From Cyanidioschyzon merolae (taxonomy: Eukaryota): a stretch of DNA of 64,000 nt. Shown piece by piece: positions 57,163-64,000 of the stretch. The notes under the pieces are model-generated. The model searched no databases and was not told the origin of the DNA. It worked only from the letters and a program-made list of their open reading frames with translations. The stretch lies in the NCBI GenBank assembly GCA_000091205.1, contig AP006501.2. One strand, 5' to 3'. The position numbers and the translations under genes are program-made. Position 1 is the stretch's first letter, and each line of letters opens with the position of its first letter.

Positions 57163-57451
57163 CAGCAGCGGTGAAAACAGCTTGCGGCGACGAACTGGAA
57201 CTCCACAGCGTCGCGTTCGGGGATGTTGAACGAGGGTGCCGCGGCCGCTCGCTACGAGCGCACTCTGGAGTGTTTTGGGTTGTTGGCGTTTCGGAGGCTT
57301 TCAGCTTGCTTGCAGACTTTTTTCATGGAATAAGTGGTTGTAAACCGTACGAAGAGGGTTACATACATACGCTTGAAACTTTTAGCTTCAAAGTTCTGGC
57401 TCCCGATATGCTTCGCAAACCATAAAAGAGGGAGGCGCTTGAAGTAAGGTT

Positions 57452-58513
57452 TTGTCGGAAACGTCCTCGCTTGGCGCGACTGGGCACGTGCGCGCCATGT
57501 TCGCCGACATCCGAATCCTTCAGCGAGAACCTGATAGCCATGTGGCATTCGAACTGCTATTTAGGGCGGCAGAGGCCGTCCAAGAGCTGATGCAACGAAG
57601 AAAGTGGGTAGTCGGTGTGCTGCGCGAGTTCCTGCCGCGAGGCTCGCAACTGCTCGGGCTCAATATCAACGGTGGGCGCGTGATCTGTATCCGGTTGCGT
57701 AAGCACCGTTCAGGCGGGTGTCGGCGTCAGTCTCGGGCGGCGAGAACTGATCACCAGCGCGAGGAGCGCTCTCTAACTGGAGCTCCACAACGAGTGCGAG
57801 GCCTTTCAGACATACCGGGTACGTCGGCATCGAATTTCTTCGCATATGAGGAAATCCTGGGCACGTTACTCCATGAACTTGTACATATTGAAATCAGTGC
57901 CCATAATCGGGCGTTTTATGCGTTATTGGAGACGCTTTGGGAGGAGGTTCGCTGGAGCGCTCGCTCCGGACTATACGGTCCTGTTCATCGTTTATCACCG
58001 CGCGGCTGTGGTGATGGATCATGCGGTTCACGACCCGTCCTTGCTTCTGCACCAGCGACACCGGGAACGATTGCTCTCTTGGATTGTCATCCAGAACAGC
58101 GGCGGAATCTTCTTTTGAAGGCAGTGCTGCGTCGCCTTGAACAACAAAGACCGGATCCTCATGACGCAACACGGTATTCGGACGAATCGCAGGGGGCGTT
58201 GGCGCTCGTCAACTGGAATCGACCACCAGTGATCCAGGTAGCGGAGAACGATCCATCTGGTTTGGAGGAACGCGTTGTCGCGTTGGAATCAGAAGAGCGT
58301 ACCAGGTTTTCGGAGTCAGCGACTTGTTTGGAGCAGGGAGATACCTGCCAAGTGATCCAAGTGGTTGATCTCACGGTTGAAGATGCGGATGACACGCTCG
58401 AATGCATCGATCTTTGTGCAACGGATGATGAGGAAAATGACGAAAGAACAGCACGAGCAGCAGCAGCAGCAGCAGATGATGATGATGATGATGATGATCA
58501 TGATCGAGCGTAG
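57452..58513 (+). CDS. WLM-domain (Wss1/SprT-like) zinc metalloprotease with poly-Asp C-terminus
   Basis: 'EEILGTLLHELVHIEISAHNRAFYALLETLWEEV' contains the HExxH-type WLM signature. The first ATG is 57497. The C-terminal 'AADDDDDDDDHD' is encoded by (GCA)n(GAT)n. Confidence 0.65.
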   Translation: MSETSSLGATGHVRAMFADIRILQREPDSHVAFELLFRAAEAVQELMQRRKWVVGVLREFLPRGSQLLGLNINGGRVICIRLRKHRSGGCRRQSRAARTDHQREERSLTGAPQRVRGLSDIPGTSASNFFAYEEILGTLLHELVHIEISAHNRAFYALLETLWEEVRWSARSGLYGPVHRLSPRGCGDGSCGSRPVLASAPATPGTIALLDCHPEQRRNLLLKAVLRRLEQQRPDPHDATRYSDESQGALALVNWNRPPVIQVAENDPSGLEERVVALESEERTRFSESATCLEQGDTCQVIQVVDLTVEDADDTLECIDLCATDDEENDERTARAAAAAADDDDDDDDHDRA

Positions 58514-60883
58514 CGTCTTGATGTGCTGATCCGAATGATGACCCGCAGCCTCGTTTGATAGATGATGAGCATAGGACTTGCATGCTTTTATGGATCTTTC
58601 GCGAGAGCATACATCGATAGATGCTACCGAGAGGAGTTGGGCACTAGTCCCCCATGACGTCTGACAGTTTTGTTCATTGTCTGCGGCCTACCGTATGCTT
58701 TGTCGCTGCTGCCGGTCCAGAAGTAGCGTCGGCGGCACAGCAGGGCCGTCCACGCCTATCCATCGATCGCACGCCATGACGGAGTCGAAAGCTTCATCGC
58801 GAATGTACGGATCTGCGTCCTTTTAACTAGTCATGATCAGTTTCCGAACCTAGGGGCCAACAGTCGGCGTGCGCCAGCAATGCCTCTCGAAGCCGTCCGA
58901 AGACAGCCGGCAGGCCGCTGCACAAGTCGCAGCCCAGCTGCACCAATCCAGTAACCGCAATGCTGCGTCCACCCTACCATTATAACATAACATGATACAG
59001 AATCTGGCGAAAAAAGATCAATTTTCACCAAGTCGGATGTTGCGGTAACGTGCATTCGAGTACCTGCACCCTTGCCACTACATGAACAGAGTCCGCATGG
59101 CCACCCGACTGCCTCAGACATGCGCAGGATGCAAGACACCGCAAGTCGACACGCGTCAAGCCATGGCAAAGCGATTCCGTCTCTACAAGGCAACGAGGGA
59201 GCTGCTGATGCCTCCAGCATCGATGCTTGCGTCGACGGTATGCTCAACGTATCGAGAACATACATTGCGGGCTGAATGTAACCGCTTTCCCGGTCGGCAC
59301 GTCAGATTCGACTTGCAACAACGCGGTTGCCTTCTGCGAGAAGCTGATAGCTCAGTCCTGCTCATGTGTAGCGCTCACATATCAGAAGAATCCCCACTCG
59401 ATGCATCGATCTGATACCATTCAAAGATCGTCACCCGAACGCAACAGCGTCACCGGATCCCTCAACAGCGTACTCGTTATCGCTTCGCGAACGCTACAAG
59501 CGTGCGTTATGCCATGCTCCAGCTGCAGCGCTTACACATCCAACTCAGTCGGGGGCGCCTCGGTCCTGCGCTGCTGCCGGTTTCGAATAGCTGGCAGCCG
59601 CTCCGGAGCGCCCTGCCCTCAGCGTCTACTCTGAAGCACCCCCCAGAAGAATCATGGTTGCTTCGTCCTCTGCAACGGTCGATCGACGCATACTTTTGGT
59701 GACTGATCGCGCGAGCCCTACGTTTCGATACAAAAACTGAGGCTGTTTCACAGCGGGTGCTTTGAGCCGCTGTTTCACCGGCCGAGTGTCGCCTTCCCTC
59801 GTAACCGCTGGAACTGGCTTTGTACTTCCGGCCGATTGGGCCTGTATAGAAGAAGCAGCTTGTACTGCTTTTCTGGCGGCGTGGCGAAAGTGAATCAACG
59901 GTGACACCATCGCCTGCTTGTTCGAAAACGGAACGTTCGTGCCGATGCTACCACAGATCCTGACCTTCGCCGCAAAAAACAGTTCTATTCCAGGCGACGT
60001 ATCCTGCGAAGCAAGCACCTTCGAGCTGAGTTTCCGCAGATCGCTACGGATTCACAACAAAGAACATAGAAAATGACCCCAAACGATCTATATGATGCCC
60101 AGCACCTGGTGTTTCCAGTCGTAGTGCCCGCTCAGAGACGTTGCGTCAAACGCAACCGCGTTGACTTTTTTGCATATAGCGCCGCAGCATCCGAATGCTA
60201 CCCGAAGGTCGACTGGGCGCCGGTTCTGCTTCTCGCGTATCATGCCGCATCGCGACGCTCGATACAGGGCAAGGGTAGAGGACGTTGTTTGTTTTCTGAA
60301 TGAGAAAGCTCTGAGCTCACCAACAGGTACGGGTGTGTAGGCGACGCGGGCAAACGTCGTGCTCTTGCACGAGGCGTGCACCCGCTAGGGCAAGCCGTAT
60401 ACCTGGGGCGTCACCCGTTTCACAGGGTCAGATGCTCGTGAGCGCACCAGGTGAACCGGTAGCGTCTTGATTTTCGTCGTCTCAGTTGTTGATAGCGCAC
60501 GATTTATACCTATGGGGTCTTGAGGTGCATATGGGTGAGGTAGTCCTCGAGCTTGCCGGCAACGCACCATCCCTAACGTCCGCTGGAAAACTTCAATCAA
60601 AAACGTCGGGCGAGAACAACTGCAACAGTTTCCGTGGGGCGCATCTGTTACAGAGCAACGAAGAGGAAGCGATATCACGCTTGAGCTCAGCTAAACCAAA
60701 TATCGTCCGCTTCTACCGGACACTGATGCTGTCTGGAGCAGGCACCCCGCTGCAGAGAACGGAACCTGCGTACGATACCACGCCCCGGTGGCACGCTCCG
60801 AGATATTCCATTCCCAAGCGGGGGAGCGGCTTTCAACGGGGCTCGGAGCGTAAACCGCGTTCCACTATACCGTGCTACGCGCA

Positions 60884-61885
60884 TCAGGGACCCGACATTG
60901 TCTGTGTATGTGCTGCCTCGCTAATCAGCGGGATACGATCGGGAACCTGTCCCCGTCCACATGACTGGATCACATAGAGGATGCAACCGAGCATTCCATA
61001 AAAGACGGAAGCTTGTAGCACCTGAATCGCCACAGCTGACACTGGAAGAGCGTTGCTTAATCCCTGGAAAAGCTGTGGTAAAATCAAGGCAATATCCAGC
61101 GTCAGTGCCTGCATCGTGTTGAATCGTACAAAGTAGCTGACGCGGGGGTTTCGCACCACGAGCACGAGCATGAGTACGAAAATGATCAGAGGCAGGAAAG
61201 GAATGCCGCGGTAGATGCTCAGCAGAGGCCACAATGGTTGCAAGACGAACATAGAGAAAATTGGGAATCGCTCAAACACGTACTTTCCGTATACCAATGA
61301 GTCCAGCAGCGGCACCAGATACGGCAAGATACCGAGGAGCCGCTCAGACCAGGGTATCGGCGAGGCAGGCGGTCGTCTGCGTTTGCGCACAAAACGCTCC
61401 ACTGGGTGCTCGTCTGGGTCGTCAAACTGCTGTTTCAGGGATAAAGCTCCCTTAAACTGGCTGCGCTTACCTCGCATCAGCGGGCTCGAGCGGGAAGCAC
61501 TTGTCTGGTGGCGGTGCGTGTTCCAGCTCCTGCAAACGCTCGCCTGGCTCCGCGACGCGCCCTTGACGACGATGCCCGAACCCCCAGCAACAAGAGAACG
61601 CTTCATAGCGCACCATACGGGATTTGCGATGAAGAAAATAGGTGTCGTGAGTCTTAGCAAGGGTGTAGTCCTGTTCAATCTCGGGTTCGTGACGCTGAAT
61701 ACCCGCCTTGCTTGCATCAACATCGGGGGTGTCGCGTTCAACCGAACCTTCGCTGGTGTGAACGGCGGTTCCGTCATGGTTAACCAGGCGGTTGCGTGCG
61801 TACACGTTGGTGTTGTCTTGATCAACCTCGGGGTACTTGTCACCAATGTTGGCTTCATTCTCGTCAACATGGGCGTCGCCGTCAT
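60884..61885 (-). CDS. TIC20: Tic20-family plastid inner-envelope translocon protein with long Thr/Pro/Arg-rich N-terminal presequence
   Basis: ATG at 61885. 'ERLLGILPYLVPLLDSLVYGKYVFERFPIFSMFVLQPLWPLLSIYRGIPFLPLIIFVLMLVLVVRNPRVSYFVRFNTMQALTLDIALILPQLF' matches plant Tic20 block for block ('DRLISSISYLYPFFDGIQYGKYV...VVRNPNFSRYVRFNTMQAIVLDVLLIFPDL'). Confidence 0.85.
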   Translation of the reverse strand: MTATPMLTRMKPTLVTSTPRLIKTTPTCTHATAWLTMTEPPFTPAKVRLNATPPMLMQARRVFSVTNPRLNRTTPLLRLTTPIFFIANPVWCAMKRSLVAGGSGIVVKGASRSQASVCRSWNTHRHQTSASRSSPLMRGKRSQFKGALSLKQQFDDPDEHPVERFVRKRRRPPASPIPWSERLLGILPYLVPLLDSLVYGKYVFERFPIFSMFVLQPLWPLLSIYRGIPFLPLIIFVLMLVLVVRNPRVSYFVRFNTMQALTLDIALILPQLFQGLSNALPVSAVAIQVLQASVFYGMLGCILYVIQSCGRGQVPDRIPLISEAAHTQTMSGP

Positions 61886-61960
61886 GAACGCGGGCTTTGT
61901 GCTCTGGAACCCGGGTGTTGTCGTTGCGACTGCCAGCTTTATTCACGCCAATATCGGAGC
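61640..61960. repeat. Degenerate 27-bp (half-unit 13-14 bp) periodic tandem repeat, motif GTYAACMTSGGS, overlapping the Tic20 N-terminal coding region
   Basis: Recurrent units: gttcaatctcgggttc / atcaacatcggggg / gttcaaccgaacc / gtgaacggcggttcc / gttaaccaggcggtt / ttgatcaacctcgggg / gtcaccaatgttggc / gtcaacatgggcgtc / gtcatgaacgcgggc / ctctggaacccgggt. It yields periodic peptides in both strands (T-P-rich on minus, V-x-N-x-G on plus). Confidence 0.75.
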
Positions 61961-64000
61961 TGCTGCGAAGCGTGTTTCTTTTTCCAAGCTTCGCAAGGAG
62001 CTTGGCCCTGCGTTTCCCAAAACGTCGCTAGCGTAATGGCCAAGCGTCACTGTGTTCGAACGCAACGCGAGACAGTCTGGCCTACGACGCTGTGAACTGC
62101 GACCTTACGGTGCCGTTGCGTCGCTTGTGAAGTGAGCAGCGCGTCCGCACGAGCAGCACTGGGGTAGTTGCAAGAGGCTAGCAAGTTTTATGGATAACGT
62201 GCGTAAACTGGGAGTTTTATTCGTTTGATTCAACCAGGTCTTGCTGTTGCATTTTGGTTTGGACGCACGTTGCATCCTTTCCGCTGGTAGCGGTTCGTTC
62301 GAGGTGTTGCTGCCGTTTACAACGTCGTGTTCGACGTTTTAGACAGTTTTCGAGGGCGTCTGCTTCCAGAGACTCTTTTTGACGCACACTGGAGGTTTCC
62401 GAAAGCAACAGCGAGAGCTGTTGGATACGGGTCAGGAAACTCTCTAGGACGCGTTTGGTCGAGGTACGCCTGCTCTAGGTTCGTGGAGGCGGACCTACTG
62501 TTCTGGCTTTGCGCAAGGCCAAATCTCGCTTGTTCCGGGCAGTGTTCAGTGTGCCGCAGTGCCTGGAAGTAGGTTTTGTGCCCGAAACCTCTCTCAAAAC
62601 AGTTACGCTTCTTTCGGACTTGTCGCGAGCATGCAACGTTGCGCGCGTGCACGAAAGGGAACCAGCGGTTAGGGGGCGCTCTAGTCGAGACTCGAATGCG
62701 TCCGCGAACGCCATACTGGCCCTGGGCGCTGCTCGATACGCTGTGGTTAGGGTTTGCTTCTTGGGACCTCAAGCGCGAGTCACGGTTCACCGCTGTGGCG
62801 TCAGCGCTTGCGTACTGGATGCTACCGCAACAACGCATGCTTGCTCGAGCGTGGATCTGGTCACTGACTTTCGAGGCAGGCATACAGCTGGCGCTGGTTC
62901 TTCTGCTTCCGAAAGGATACGCATACCCGCAGCCTGTGGAGGTAGCGCATGAGCTGCGGTTCGGGGTCGACGCCTGTAATCTTCTACAGCCATGGCGTTT
63001 CGCACTCGCGAGCCTCTTAGCGCTGCTTGTTTGGACGCGGTCGATGGCTCTTTGGACGACTCGGAGCGCGTGTCAAGGTTAGACTCTGAGCTCAGGCGAT
63101 TGCATTCGCTCCATTTCAGATGCATTGCACTGGCATCGGACTCGGGGTTGAAGAGCAATCTACATGGGTCAAGGATGCATGTCCGCAGATGCGTCTGCTG
63201 ACATGCACCGAATGTTGTCTGGGCTTACTCCGCAGTGGATGTTTCCCGAAACAGAACACCAGCGGGATGTTCAAGACGATACAGACTAGTTTGAATCACG
63301 TGTACACATCCGATTCTACGGGTGTGAATGAGTATTCCCCAAAGACCGCGGCGAGCAGCGGCAACTTTACCAGAGCCTTCCTGCTACTGTCGTCTTGGAC
63401 GCTCGCCTGCATCTTGCAGCGCATTGACGGAAGCCATGGGCTCGGTCCCGGGACATTTTCGAATCACCCAGTTTCCGAACTTGCGTCATCTGACCTCAAC
63501 GACAACGAAAAAGCTAAACACTGCGCGAGAAGCTTTATGCTATAATTGGGTACCGCGATCATCCGTGCGTACCGGCCTGTGCGTCGCTTCATTCCCGCAC
63601 GAACAAAAGCGCGCACACCTGCCCCCACGGTGCAAGGAGATTCGTCATACTCCAATCATGCCGACCGCATGGCTACGTATCGACGTCGGCTCCCGTACGG
63701 TGCCCTGCAGCAATGCGGAGCCCTGCGACAAACGCGCACCGCCGTGAACATCAGCCCTAACACAGGTCGCAGAGCGCTACCCGCAACGGCGAAGCGGTGG
63801 CATCTCGAACCGAGTGCCCAGGGCACTGCTGTTTTCTCAGAGCTCCTCCACGTGCGTCTTATCCGCATAGTACCTCGCTTCCTGTGTGCCCTTCCGCTGC
63901 TGGCGCTCTAGATACCGTTCTCGATTGCGAACGATCCGCTCGATGATCTTCGGAACACTCAAGTCACTCGATGAGGGAATCTCTCGAAAGATACCGAGAC

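Noticed and set aside
61215-62036. A 273-aa plus-strand ORF with a striking 9-residue periodicity (VLINLGVLVTNVGFILVNMGVAVMNAGFV), resembling a beta-helix or pentapeptide-like repeat protein.
   Set aside because: Its 5' half is antisense to the conserved Tic20 core, so it cannot be coding there. Its periodic part is the reverse reading of the 27-bp DNA repeat, which is in-frame with Tic20 as an N-terminal presequence on the other strand. The Tic20-sense interpretation is more parsimonious.
1-64000. A prokaryotic interpretation (operons, CRISPR arrays, defence islands, RBS signals).
   Set aside because: The gene content is eukaryote-specific: FACT, Sec1, UFD2 U-box, Rpn6, CM1 and Tic20. Organelle presequences are present, along with trinucleotide microsatellites inside coding regions and eukaryotic mariner-type transposons. 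No tRNA, rRNA or CRISPR repeat structure was seen.

Overview
This window reads as nuclear DNA from a GC-rich (about 58-60%), apparently intron-poor eukaryote. Most proteins sit in single long ORFs, and there is no operon structure, rRNA/tRNA or CRISPR signal. Nuclear genes for Tic20 and ferrochelatase point to a plastid-bearing lineage, perhaps a red alga or prasinophyte-like alga, but the lineage is not identified. I could assign about 20 protein-coding genes by recognisable family motifs: a CBS-pair protein, a GT34 glycosyltransferase, a TMEM19/DUF92 membrane protein, an Mpv17/PMP22 protein, a CM1-motif centrosomin-like coiled-coil protein, FACT subunit SSRP1/Pob3, ferrochelatase, a Sec1/Munc18-family protein, cystathionine beta-synthase, a DAP3/mS29-like P-loop protein, UFD2 (an E4 ubiquitin ligase with a U-box), an MFS-like transporter, an SH3 protein, proteasome lid subunit Rpn6, mitochondrial ribosomal protein bL21, a WLM metalloprotease and Tic20. 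The ORF track uses alternative start codons shown as M, so several gene starts are uncertain; I give the first in-frame ATG where I checked it. The accessory content is: (i) at least four decayed copies or fragments of a mariner-like (Tc1/mariner superfamily) transposon family, in both orientations; (ii) a nuclear DAP3-like gene flanked by two approximately 99%-identical 750-bp direct repeats; (iii) a 1.6-kb AT-rich island with a fragmented one-strand ORF set, abutting a truncated mariner copy, which is a candidate unclassified mobile or foreign element; (iv) several tandem repeats, including a 110-bp x3 minisatellite, a 25-bp x3 repeat in a gene's 5' region, and a 27-bp-periodic repeat that appears to encode the Tic20 N-terminal presequence; and (v) a 721-aa protein carrying a tandemly duplicated ~42-aa motif that I could not place in a known family. 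No database searches were possible. Every family call rests on motif recognition from the translated sequence.
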